DNA of 64,000 nt from an uncultured cyanobacterium (GCA_963703315.1 OY969811.1:4032001-4096000), one strand, 5' to 3'; counted from the stretch's first letter, positions 18,354-27,720 are shown. Made by a program: numbers and translations. Notes: generated by a model not told the origin, from the sequence alone.

Positions 18354-19898
18354 ATGAATAACGCTAAATTTACCTTTATTGATCTTTTTGCTGGAATTGG
18401 CGGCTTTAAAATGGCATTAAGTAATAATGGTGGTCATTGCCTTGGATTTAGTGAAATAGATAAAGATGCAATAAATACATATTGTGACAACTTTCAAGTT
18501 GAATCGAGTTACAACTTAGGGGATATTACAAAAATAAAAGAGTTACCTGAACACGACTTATTAACTGCTGGAGTTCCTTGTCAAAGTTGGTCTATTGCGG
18601 GTAAAAATTTAGGTTTTGATGATGACAGAGGACAGTTATGGAATGACACAATTTACCTACTTCAACAATCTCAGCCCAAAGCCTTTATTTTTGAAAATGT
18701 GAAAGGCTTAGTTGATCCTCGCAATAAAAAAGCTTTATCATACATTTTAGAAAGAATTCAAAAAGCAGGATATTACGCTAATTACTTTGTGATTAACTCA
18801 TTTGATTATGGCGTACCACAAAATAGAATTCGCATATACATAATTGGTTTTAAAGAAAAGAAGTACTTTCAAAGATTTATACTACCTAAATGTATTGACA
18901 AGAAGCTAAAACTTGGCGACATACTAGGTATTGAGCCAAAAAACTCAACAGACAAAAGAATTATGCAAATGGACTTATTTGGAAATGTTGTCGAATCAAA
19001 AACAATGAGTCTTTCAAATACAAATGGGTTTAATGACTATTTTTTATTTAATGATCTTAGGAATGGTCATACAACAATCCATTCATGGGATATTAGTGAA
19101 ACCACTCAGCGACAAAAAGATATTTGTTTGTTATTGCTTAAAAATAGACGTAAAAGCACCTATGGAGAACTTGATGGCAACCCGTTGTCATTAGAACACT
19201 TTCAAAGCCTAGACTCATCCATTAATCAAGATGAAATTAATCAACTGATTGAATTAGAAATCTTAAAGTCCGAAGAGTACAGTTTTACTATAAAAGACTA
19301 TAGTATTAGCAATTTAACAAAAGAAGAAGAAATACTACTTTCATTTGCAAACGATCGCAAAATTATTATTGATAATTTAAATACTCAAAGAATATTTAAA
19401 ACTGAGAAAATATCCATTGAAAAAACTATTGAATCTCTTAAGGGAAAAAGAATTATTGAATGTCATGAGGTTCGTTATGATTTTAAAAATACTAAGATAA
19501 GCACAGGATTATTTGGAGTGAATCGCATATTTTTACCAAGTTCTGACATTTTCCCAACTTTGGTGGCAAGTGACACAAATGATTTCATAACTTTAAAAAC
19601 TATAGAAGCCTCAAATCATGAGGAATTTAAAAATAAATTTATCCAAGAAATTTATAAGCCTAAAGCATTTAGAAAGATTACTAAAAGTGAAGCTTGTTTA
19701 ATACAGGGATTCCCTAAAGATTTTAAGTTGCCAGAATCAAGAGCAAAATGGATGAAGTTAATCGGTAATAGCGTTTCAGTTCCTGTAATCGATAAGTTAT
19801 GCAAAGCAATTATTGAAACTGGTGTATTTGAAAATAGGCAAACTATTAGCTTGGACAGTATCAATGATGAGAAATTAGTTATTTCTCTTTGTGCTTAG
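18354..19898 (+). CDS. DNA (cytosine-5) methyltransferase, cognate of the upstream REase
   Basis: Motif I 'DLFAGIGG', IV 'GVPCQSWS', VI 'ENVKGL', VIII 'PQNRIR', IX-X 'QGFP...GNSV'. Confidence 0.95.
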   Translation: MNNAKFTFIDLFAGIGGFKMALSNNGGHCLGFSEIDKDAINTYCDNFQVESSYNLGDITKIKELPEHDLLTAGVPCQSWSIAGKNLGFDDDRGQLWNDTIYLLQQSQPKAFIFENVKGLVDPRNKKALSYILERIQKAGYYANYFVINSFDYGVPQNRIRIYIIGFKEKKYFQRFILPKCIDKKLKLGDILGIEPKNSTDKRIMQMDLFGNVVESKTMSLSNTNGFNDYFLFNDLRNGHTTIHSWDISETTQRQKDICLLLLKNRRKSTYGELDGNPLSLEHFQSLDSSINQDEINQLIELEILKSEEYSFTIKDYSISNLTKEEEILLSFANDRKIIIDNLNTQRIFKTEKISIEKTIESLKGKRIIECHEVRYDFKNTKISTGLFGVNRIFLPSSDIFPTLVASDTNDFITLKTIEASNHEEFKNKFIQEIYKPKAFRKITKSEACLIQGFPKDFKLPESRAKWMKLIGNSVSVPVIDKLCKAIIETGVFENRQTISLDSINDEKLVISLCA

Positions 19899-19927
19899 CA
19901 TCTTTTTAAATAAGTAGACAAAAAATT

Positions 19928-19993
19928 GTGATCAAAACTCAAATTTTAGAAGCAATCAAACAAATGCCGAATAGCGATCGCCTAAACCTATGA
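19928..19993 (+). pseudogene. 5' fragment of a small antitoxin-like gene truncated at HIP1
   Basis: GTG-IKTQILEAIKQMPNSDR(LNL*); the gene-like sequence runs into GCGATCGC at 19974-19981, where repeat copy 3 begins. Confidence 0.4.
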
Positions 19994-20313
19994 CTAAACC
20001 TATTGAACAAAAAATAAAATCACTCGCTCGTGCAGACGTTATGCAAACGCTCTCCATGCATCGCCATGAACTAAAAAGACTCGGCGTAAAATCTTTGCGA
20101 CTATTTGGCTCTGTCGCAAGAGATGAGGCAAGACCTGATAGCGATATTGATTTCTTAGTTGAGTTTGTTAACGATCCCTCATTCTTTGAACTATTTGAAG
20201 TGCAATATTTTCTTGAAGATTTATTCCATTGTAAAATTGATTTAGGAATGGAAGAATCATTAAAAGAACATTTAAGAGAGCCAGTACTCAAGGATGTGAT
20301 CCATGCCCTCTAG
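19990..20313 (+). CDS. MNT nucleotidyltransferase antitoxin
   Basis: 'LFGSVARDEARPDSDIDFLVEF'. Confidence 0.9.
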   Translation: MTKPIEQKIKSLARADVMQTLSMHRHELKRLGVKSLRLFGSVARDEARPDSDIDFLVEFVNDPSFFELFEVQYFLEDLFHCKIDLGMEESLKEHLREPVLKDVIHAL

Positions 20314-20644
20314 AGACTGGCAACTAAGAATCGCAGATATTCTGCAAGCTGTTCAAGATATTGAGCAATTCACACAGGAGATGACCTTTGAAGAATTTAG
20401 CAATAACAAGATGGTTGTCCAATCCGTACTTTACAACTTCGTGATTATTGGTGAAGCATCCGCTAACATACCTGATGAAATCCAATCACTCGATCCCACA
20501 ATTCCTTGGCGTAAAATGAGCGATATGCGTAACGTGATGGCTCATGAGTATTTTCAAGTAAATCTTTCTATCGTTTGGCAAACAATTCACAGAAATTTAC
20601 CACCAATTTTACCAAAACTGGAAAATCTCATAGAGAATTCATGA
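20303..20644 (+). CDS. DUF86/HEPN RNase toxin
   Basis: 'IIGEA', 'IPWRKMSDMRNVMAHEYF' (R-x4-H); overlaps MNT. Confidence 0.9.
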   Translation: MPSRDWQLRIADILQAVQDIEQFTQEMTFEEFSNNKMVVQSVLYNFVIIGEASANIPDEIQSLDPTIPWRKMSDMRNVMAHEYFQVNLSIVWQTIHRNLPPILPKLENLIENS

Positions 20645-20868
20645 TGCTAAACCTATACCCCAGACAATTGATCAAAAAACAACGCTGTGCGATCGCGATC
20701 GCAATTTGTGGTTAGGAGAAGCGAATCTCTGGGACAAGAGCGCTATATGCTCCTTACATTTTGACACTTTAACGTACCAAAAATGATACAATAATAAAAT
20801 CAAATTTAAGTACTCACTTATTTACCACTTGATTTCTATCTTTTGTGAGCTTCTGCTGTAATTTTCCT

Positions 20869-21225
20869 ATGAGCAATATTAAGAGAATTAAAGCAAGCTT
20901 TTTCAAAACCGAATCTGGTAAAGAACCTGTTAGGGATTGGCTGATGACTTTATCGAAAGAAGATAGACAAAAAATAGGAGAAGATATTAAAACAATTGAG
21001 TTTGGATTTCCTATCGGAATGCCTACCTGTCGCCCTATGGGTAAAGGATTGTATGAGGTGCGTACTAACCTTGAGAATACGATTACCAGAGTTTTGTTTT
21101 GTGTGGAAGGAGAGCAAATGATTCTTTTACACGGGTTTACTAAGAAAACGCAAAAAACACCTAAGGAAGATTTGAATTTAGCCATCAAGCGACAAACTGA
21201 GTTTAAGAACAAAATTAGGAGTTAA
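20869..21225 (+). CDS. RelE/ParE-family (Gp49-like) toxin
   Basis: 'GKEPVRDWL', 'GLYEVR', 'ILLHGFTKKTQKTP..DLNLA..R'. Confidence 0.85.
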   Translation: MSNIKRIKASFFKTESGKEPVRDWLMTLSKEDRQKIGEDIKTIEFGFPIGMPTCRPMGKGLYEVRTNLENTITRVLFCVEGEQMILLHGFTKKTQKTPKEDLNLAIKRQTEFKNKIRS

Positions 21226-21227
21226 CC

Positions 21228-21521
21228 ATGTCTAACAATTGTCATTTAGGTTCTGCTTTTGATGACTTTCTAGAACAGGAAGGAATTTTAAATGAAGTAA
21301 CAGAAATTGCGCTGAAGCGGGTCTTGGCTTGGCAAGTTGAGCAAGCAATGAAGGAACGGGGCTTAACTAAGTCCAAGATGGCTAAGTCTATGCAAACTAG
21401 CCGTGCGGCGCTAGATAGACTTCTTGATCCTGAGTATGATTCTGTAACTCTACGAACTTTAGATAAGGCAGCTAGAGCAGTGGGTAAAAGAATTAAGATA
21501 GATTTGGTTGATGTTATCTAA
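21228..21521 (+). CDS. XRE/HTH antitoxin
   Basis: 'GSAFDDFLEQEG', 'TKSKMAKSMQTSRAALDRLLDP...VTL.TL.KAA'; candidate operator GTACCA-N4-TGATAC at about 20774-20789 upstream of the toxin. Confidence 0.85.
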   Translation: MSNNCHLGSAFDDFLEQEGILNEVTEIALKRVLAWQVEQAMKERGLTKSKMAKSMQTSRAALDRLLDPEYDSVTLRTLDKAARAVGKRIKIDLVDVI

Positions 21522-21816
21522 ATGATTCGATTCCCTTAATAAAACCCATGCCCCATACTATTGAGCAAAAAATAACCCTGTGCGATCGCGATCGCAGTTT
21601 GTGGTTATCGAAGAGGCGATCGCGAAGTTAAAAGCTGGTGATTTTCAAAATCTCGATGTCGAAAACGAGGTAGGTCAATTAAAAATTCTCAACGATCGCA
21701 CCCGAGCCTCAGCAAACTAGCAAATAACTTTTTCCTAACCACAGAGTTGTCACTTACCAATATTTCATGTAAGAATTCATGGGATATTTTGTGCTTGTGA
21801 CAAGGGATTAGGAATT

Positions 21817-23313
21817 ATGCGTTTAGGACAATTGCTCGCGTTAGCAGGGTATCAAAATTCTCAGCCTGAATTAGATGGGCTAGAAGTAAAGCGTGTAATT
21901 ACCGATTCGCGGGCTTGCCAAGATGGGGACTTGTTTATCGGCATGACGGGTACACAGGTAGATGGCGGCAAATTTGCACCACAGGCGATCGCACAGGGCG
22001 CGATCGCGGCGATTATTTCTCATGAGGCTTATGCAAATTTGACGATTAAGGACAAAGCGATCGCCGTTGATGATGTGGTTGTCGCTTGCAGCAAATTGGC
22101 GACCGCATTTTATGACTACCCTGCTCAAAAGCTAAAACTGGTGGGCGTGACGGGGACTAATGGTAAAACCACCACCACCCACTTGATCGAGTTTTTATTG
22201 CAAACTCAGTATGCAGCCGCTTTGTTTGGGACTTTGTATACACGCTGGGCAGGCTATTCCAAAACTGCGAGTCATACCACCCCCTTTGCGGTGGACTTAC
22301 AGGCACAACTAGCTGAGGCGATCGCGGCGGGGTGCGATGTGGGCTTGATGGAGGTTAGCTCCCATGCTTTAGACCAACGGCGTGTGTTAGGTTGCCCCTT
22401 TGAGGTGGCAGTATTTACCAACTTAACCCAAGACCATTTGGACTACCACAAAGACCTAGAGTCTTATTTTCAGGCAAAGGCTTTGCTGTTTAGCGATACC
22501 TATTTGCAAGGTCGTGCCATTATTAATTTGGATGATCCCTTTGGACAGAGACTAGTACAGAGCCTTACGGACAAACCAGTTTGGACTTACAGCATTAGCA
22601 ATTCTCAAGCCGATTTTTATACCGAGAATTTGACCTATTTACCTAATGGCGCAACAGGTATTTTACACACGCCACAGGGGGGGATCACTTTTAATTCACC
22701 TTTAGTCGGTCGCTTTAATGTCGAGAATATCTTGGCAGCGATCGCTACGGCTTTGCATCTAGGGCTGAGCTTGGAAGAAGTAATTAGCCGTTTACCACAA
22801 TTTAAGAGCGTGCCTGGGCGTGTAGAACGGGTGCAGGTTAGCGATGATCAAGATGTCACGGTGGTGGTGGACTACGCCCATACTCCTGACAGTCTCGAAA
22901 ATTTACTCAAGGCAATGCGCCCCTTTACCCAACGTGACTTAATTTGTGTATTTGGCTGTGGCGGCGATCGCGATCGCACTAAGCGTCCGCTTATGGGTGG
23001 GATCACCGCTAGACTTGCTGATCGCGTTTATGTCACTTCTGATAATCCCCGTACCGAAGATCCCCAACGCATCCTTGATGATGTCGTGGTGGGCGTAATG
23101 GCGGATATTGGCGACAAACCCTTGACTATTGAGGGCGATCGCCGTAAATGTATTCAAACTGCTATTGCTGAAGCTCAATCAGGGGATACAATCCTGATTG
23201 CGGGGAAAGGACATGAAGACTATCAAATTATCGGACATGAGAAAATCCATTTTGATGATCGAGAGGAGGCGCATTTAGCTTTAATCAATCGTCAAAGTTC
23301 AAATCTTCGTTAG
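21817..23313 (+). CDS. murE: UDP-MurNAc-tripeptide synthetase
   Basis: 'GVTGTNGKTT', 'MEVSSH', 'NLTQDHLDYH', 'DYAHTPD', 'DNPRTE', 'GKGHE'. Confidence 0.95.
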   Translation: MRLGQLLALAGYQNSQPELDGLEVKRVITDSRACQDGDLFIGMTGTQVDGGKFAPQAIAQGAIAAIISHEAYANLTIKDKAIAVDDVVVACSKLATAFYDYPAQKLKLVGVTGTNGKTTTTHLIEFLLQTQYAAALFGTLYTRWAGYSKTASHTTPFAVDLQAQLAEAIAAGCDVGLMEVSSHALDQRRVLGCPFEVAVFTNLTQDHLDYHKDLESYFQAKALLFSDTYLQGRAIINLDDPFGQRLVQSLTDKPVWTYSISNSQADFYTENLTYLPNGATGILHTPQGGITFNSPLVGRFNVENILAAIATALHLGLSLEEVISRLPQFKSVPGRVERVQVSDDQDVTVVVDYAHTPDSLENLLKAMRPFTQRDLICVFGCGGDRDRTKRPLMGGITARLADRVYVTSDNPRTEDPQRILDDVVVGVMADIGDKPLTIEGDRRKCIQTAIAEAQSGDTILIAGKGHEDYQIIGHEKIHFDDREEAHLALINRQSSNLR

Positions 23314-23665
23314 CTTAAATCGATCGCTATTTAAGGGGAAATAATGCTCAGATGACAGGCAAATCCTAGGCAAAAACACGTAAAGAGGATCGGTTATGAT
23401 GCAAAAGGAAGTATATTCAAAACCAAATCGAGTTTATCAAAGCTAGACTCATCTTAATATTTAGTTGTGATATTTAGTACTCCCTGATACCTTGTCTTAC
23501 ATCCTAAAAATAGCTTGGCTACTTTTAGAATGTAAGACAAGATCTAGATCGAGATCTGTTCATCTATTCCATGTTGGTCAGTTCTCTAGAGTACAGATTA
23601 GTGATATATCACTCAGCTAATCTACATCAGACCACTTTGGTAAAAGTTTAGGAAGAAGTAGCTAC

Positions 23666-26600
23666 ATGGGTTCGCGCATTGCCCCCAAACCTAAATTGTT
23701 AGTTATCGATGATGAACCCGATAACTTAGATTTGCTATTTCGGACTTTTTATCGAGATTATCAAGTCTTTCGAGCCAATGGTGGTCTAGAAGCGTTGGAA
23801 TTACTGGATCGCGAGGGGGAAGTTGCGGTAATTATCTCTGATCAGAGAATGCCGATCATGAGTGGAACGGAATTTTTGAGCCAAATGGCGGTGAAATATC
23901 CAGACACCATGCGGATTATTTTGACAGGCTATACCGATGTTGAAGATTTAGTCGAAGCAATTAATACTTGCAAAGTCTTCAAATATGTCACGAAACCTTG
24001 GGATGAAGGAGAACTCAAAAATGTAGTCAGTCAGGCGATCGATACTCATAATGTATTGCGAAATCGGACTGCGGAACTGCGACGTACTTTACGTCAACAG
24101 TCACTCCTCAATGCGATCGCCTCCTCTGTCGATAGTGCGGCTCCCTATCATGAAAGTATTGCCGCGATCGCCGAATCAATTGCCCGTAACTTTGAAGTTT
24201 CAGGCAGTATCCTGCGACTATTTGAGAATAATGAACTTACTCAAGACTATTCCGCTTATTCGCAATCAGCCGATGATCCTAGCCTTGATTTATCCGAACT
24301 AGCGCAAGTCATCACTTTGCAGTCAAAAATCGTAGTGATCAACGATATTGCTAATGATCAGCGTATTTCGGAAACTGATAAATTGATTTATAACCAGCTC
24401 AATATCAAATCAGTTTTGTTTGTCCCTCTCGAAGTGCAGCAAGAATGCTTGGCAATGCTGGCGCTCTATCATTGCGAAATTCCACATTTGTGGAGTAGTG
24501 ATGAACTAGATTTAATTGAGTTAGCTGCTGACCAAGCGGCGATCGTCACTTCCCGCGCTAGAGCCTATGATCGCATTCAGGAACTTGCTAAGCGAGAATC
24601 ATTACTGAATACAATTACTAGTACAATTCGTTCTAGTCTTGAACCCCAAAAGATATTTGCCTCCATTACCCAACAGTTAGGACAAGCCTTAAACGCAGAA
24701 AGCTGTGCTTTGTCATTATGGACAGAAGAAGAACATTACTTGCGTTGTGTGGGACTCCATTTACTCGATCCCGATGAAGCGGCGAAAAACACAATTAAGT
24801 TCGATGAAGCAGAATTACCACAATCAATCGTCAATATTGGCATTAATCCTGTTTTTCGAGCTTTGATTGAATCCAAGCAACCTGTCGCGATCACCGATTT
24901 ACTCGAAAGCCCAGAATGGAATATGGCAGATTTGCCATTGCGCTCAACTTCGCGATCGCTACTGATTGTGCCACTACTGTCCGATGGCAAGATTATTGGC
25001 AGTATTTCCATGCGTCAAAACCAGCATCCCCGTCAATGGAAACCTGAAGAAATCTCTCTAGTCCAAGCAGTTGCCGCTCAAGCGGCGATCGCTGTCCAGC
25101 AAGCTAATCTCTTTCAAACAACGCGCCAACAAGCTCAGCAACTACTAGAACTCGATCGCCAAAAAACTGAATTCTTTCAAAATCTTTCCCATGAGTTTCG
25201 CACACCGCTAACCCTAACGATTGGACCTTTAGAAGCCGCGATCGAGCAATCACTACCTCTACCCTACGATCAATCAGTAATTGCTTTACGAAACTGTCGT
25301 CGTCTATTGCGCCTAGTCAATCAACTGCTAGATATTCAGCGTCTTGATGCTGGTAAGATGCAATCTTGCTTCCGACCCTGTAGCCTCATTGAATTTGCCA
25401 GCCAAACTATTGAATCTTTTCGACCCTATTGCGATCGCAAAAATATTCATCTATTTAGCGAATTTAGTGAAGAATGTCCTGAAATTTATTTGGACTTAGA
25501 GAAGTTTGATAAAGTTCTCTATAACTTGCTGTCTAATGCGATGAAATTCACTCCCAGTAATGGCAGTATCACCGTGCATATTGGTATAGATAGCATGGGA
25601 GAACACTGTATTCTCAGCGTTCGCGATACGGGAATTGGGATTCGTGAAGATCAACTTCCCTTTCTATTTGATCGCTTTCGTCAAGCGGAAGGCTCAGTTA
25701 ACCGTAGCTATGAGGGCAGTGGTTTAGGCTTAGCACTGGTTAAAGAACTAGTCAATCTGCATGGTGGTAGTATTTCTGTCTCCTCCGACTATGGCTATGG
25801 TACTACCTTCACTATCTCTATTCCCACAGGTAAAGCGCATCTACCTGCTGAACAAGTTACCAACTTACCTGCGGACTTGCAATTATCACGAGCAGCTATT
25901 GAATTAGCAGATCTAGAAATAGATGGTAATTTGGAAGAAGATGCGATCGCGATTGACAATGATCACGAAGATTTTGACAACACTACTCAAACGGGCAAAA
26001 TCTTAGTCGTTGATGATAATCGGGATCTGCGCGGGTATTTGCTGCGCGTGCTTAACCAAGCTGGCTATAGCGTGATCCTTGCCCGTAATGGCTCTCAGGG
26101 CTATGTCAAAGCGAAACAACATCAGCCTGATTTGATTGTGACGGATTTGATGATGCCTCAAGTCTCAGGTTTAGATTTAATTGCCCTAATTCGCCAAGAT
26201 GAGCATTTATCAGGTACTCCCATAATTTTGCTAACTGCTAAGGCTAATGAAGAGACCCGCATCGAAGGTACGGAAATGGGTGCTGATGGCTATTTAGCTA
26301 AGCCTTTTAACGATCGCGAACTGTTAGCAGAAGTTCGTAATTTATTAGCTCTCAAAAATAATGAACGTCGTGTTGCCCAACTCAATCTTTATTTAACAGA
26401 ATCAGTACTAAAACGTTTTCTCCCACCGAGTCTAGTTTCCAAAGCTGCCACAGGGGAACTGAGCCTTGATTTACATCCCGAACCAAAGATGATCACGGTT
26501 CTTTTTACCGATATTGTCGGCTTTACTTCTTTATCCAATACGTTGCGATCGCTCCGTGTTGCCGAACTGCTCAATCAATATTTAGGAGCCATGACCGAAG

Positions 26601-27037
26601 CTATTTTTGCCAATGGCGGTACGGTGGATAAGTTTATGGGCGATGGCATCATGGCGCTGTTTGGCGCTCCTGAAGATTGTAGCCCCAATGAGCAAGTCCG
26701 CCGCGCTGTGCAAACAGCCAAAGATATGCAGCGATCGCTGGCTAAGCTCAATAAACAATGGCAAACCCAAGGGATTCCCCAAGTCAAGTTTCGCTGCGGT
26801 ATTCATCAAGGTACGGCGGTAGTGGGAATGTTCGGTAGTGCGGAGCGTGCAGACTATACCGCGATCGGTCCAACGGTAAATATTGCGGCACGGATTCAAG
26901 CTGCTGCCGAACCTGACTGTATTCTCGTTTCCGCCGCCGTAGCTGACTATCTCAATGAGGAGGAACTGCGTAAACGTGAACCACTCAAGCTCAAGGGGGT
27001 CGATGAGACTGTGTTGACTTTCTTTGTAGACAGTTAG
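23666..27037 (+). CDS. cyaC: Hybrid sensor adenylate cyclase REC-GAF-GAF-HisKA-HATPase-REC-AC
   Basis: REC 'ISDQRMP', two GAFs, 'SHEFRTPL', 'GSGLGL', REC 'TDLMMP', cyclase 'FTDIVGFT...DKFMGDG...YTAIG'; matches CyaC architecture. Confidence 0.85.
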   Translation: MGSRIAPKPKLLVIDDEPDNLDLLFRTFYRDYQVFRANGGLEALELLDREGEVAVIISDQRMPIMSGTEFLSQMAVKYPDTMRIILTGYTDVEDLVEAINTCKVFKYVTKPWDEGELKNVVSQAIDTHNVLRNRTAELRRTLRQQSLLNAIASSVDSAAPYHESIAAIAESIARNFEVSGSILRLFENNELTQDYSAYSQSADDPSLDLSELAQVITLQSKIVVINDIANDQRISETDKLIYNQLNIKSVLFVPLEVQQECLAMLALYHCEIPHLWSSDELDLIELAADQAAIVTSRARAYDRIQELAKRESLLNTITSTIRSSLEPQKIFASITQQLGQALNAESCALSLWTEEEHYLRCVGLHLLDPDEAAKNTIKFDEAELPQSIVNIGINPVFRALIESKQPVAITDLLESPEWNMADLPLRSTSRSLLIVPLLSDGKIIGSISMRQNQHPRQWKPEEISLVQAVAAQAAIAVQQANLFQTTRQQAQQLLELDRQKTEFFQNLSHEFRTPLTLTIGPLEAAIEQSLPLPYDQSVIALRNCRRLLRLVNQLLDIQRLDAGKMQSCFRPCSLIEFASQTIESFRPYCDRKNIHLFSEFSEECPEIYLDLEKFDKVLYNLLSNAMKFTPSNGSITVHIGIDSMGEHCILSVRDTGIGIREDQLPFLFDRFRQAEGSVNRSYEGSGLGLALVKELVNLHGGSISVSSDYGYGTTFTISIPTGKAHLPAEQVTNLPADLQLSRAAIELADLEIDGNLEEDAIAIDNDHEDFDNTTQTGKILVVDDNRDLRGYLLRVLNQAGYSVILARNGSQGYVKAKQHQPDLIVTDLMMPQVSGLDLIALIRQDEHLSGTPIILLTAKANEETRIEGTEMGADGYLAKPFNDRELLAEVRNLLALKNNERRVAQLNLYLTESVLKRFLPPSLVSKAATGELSLDLHPEPKMITVLFTDIVGFTSLSNTLRSLRVAELLNQYLGAMTEAIFANGGTVDKFMGDGIMALFGAPEDCSPNEQVRRAVQTAKDMQRSLAKLNKQWQTQGIPQVKFRCGIHQGTAVVGMFGSAERADYTAIGPTVNIAARIQAAAEPDCILVSAAVADYLNEEELRKREPLKLKGVDETVLTFFVDS

Positions 27038-27143
27038 GTTTCTGCGACTTAATGGCGGCGCGAAGCGCCGCTATAGCTCTTTATGTAGGTACAGCCAAGT
27101 CGGTATACATACCTTTAGTTAGATTCGCATTTTGAAATACTTT

Positions 27144-27161
27144 GTTATATTTCTTTACATA
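27144..27161 (+). promoter_or_regulatory. HLR1-like (RpaB) direct repeat upstream of hli copy 1
   Basis: GTTATATT-TC-TTTACATA fits (G/T)TTACA(T/A)(T/A)-N2 repeat with one mismatch. Confidence 0.6.
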
Positions 27162-27186
27162 AGGAATTCAAACGAAGGAAAAAGCA

Positions 27187-27396
27187 ATGACTAACAGCTA
27201 CAGAGTTGACGAACGCGGTGTACTTAACAACTTCGCAATTGAACCAAAAATGTATGTTGATGATACTGACAAAGCTGGTTTTACACCTTATGCCGAATTA
27301 CTAAACGGTAGACTTGCCATGATTGGTTTTGTCTCTCTCCTAATTCTTGAAGCTGCTACGGGGCATGGATTAATTTGGTGGCTTGGAAATCTATAA
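27187..27396 (+). CDS. High-light inducible protein (Hli/Scp), copy 1
   Basis: '[10 protein letters not shown]' and chlorophyll-binding '[13 protein letters not shown]'. Confidence 0.9.
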   Translation: MTNSYRVDERGVLNNFAIEPKMYVDDTDKAGFTPYAELLNGRLAMIGFVSLLILEAATGHGLIWWLGNL

Positions 27397-27571
27397 ATTC
27401 TGAATGTTTCCAATCAAAATGTTTGAGACAAAGTAAAAACGATTCTTTAACCCTACCAATGGTAGGGTTTTTTTATTACAACCCAAGAATTGATTGGCGG
27501 CGCGGAGCGCCGCCAATCAATTCTTGGGTTGTATGTTTTAGTACACTTGGCGACAGATGTAGCTGCAACTA

Positions 27572-27719
27572 ATAAGCGATCGCATATTTGCTGTAAAGTT
27601 CTCGCCTCATCATCGGAGATATGCATAGCAAAATATTCAGAAATTCCCTCGGCGTAGACTACCCACATTTTTTGTTGCATCGCTAAACCTGCCTCAGTTA
27701 AGACTGCGTAAGTCCCGCT
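27572..27719 (-). pseudogene. 3' fragment of a MarR-family regulator
   Basis: Minus frame reads GTYAVLTEAGLAMQQKMWVVYAEGISEYFAMHISDDEARTLQQICDRLL (MarR wing + final helices); HTH part absent. Confidence 0.55.
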
Positions 27720-27720
27720 T

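Larger units (their letters stand above)
16838..21666 (+). repeat. Five dispersed direct copies of the DUF29 5' region (16838-16987, 17332-17436, 19974-20013, 20647-20727, 21542-21666)
   Basis: Shared core CTAAACCTATGCCCCAGACTATTGAGCAAAAA...CGATCGCGATCGCAATTTGTGGTTAGAAGAGGCGATC, read directly with substitutions (copy 3 has only the first part). Confidence 0.9.

Noticed and set aside
16838..21666. CRISPR array or classical integron interpretation of the repeats
   Set aside because: Repeats are long, degenerate, coding-derived and separated by gene-sized intervals; no cas genes, intI or attC structure seen.
27375..27680. ORFs 27375-27572 (+) and 27453-27680 (-) as real genes
   Set aside because: Largely translations of the palindrome (both read YNPRIDWRR..PPINSWV); only the MarR fragment part is retained as a pseudogene.
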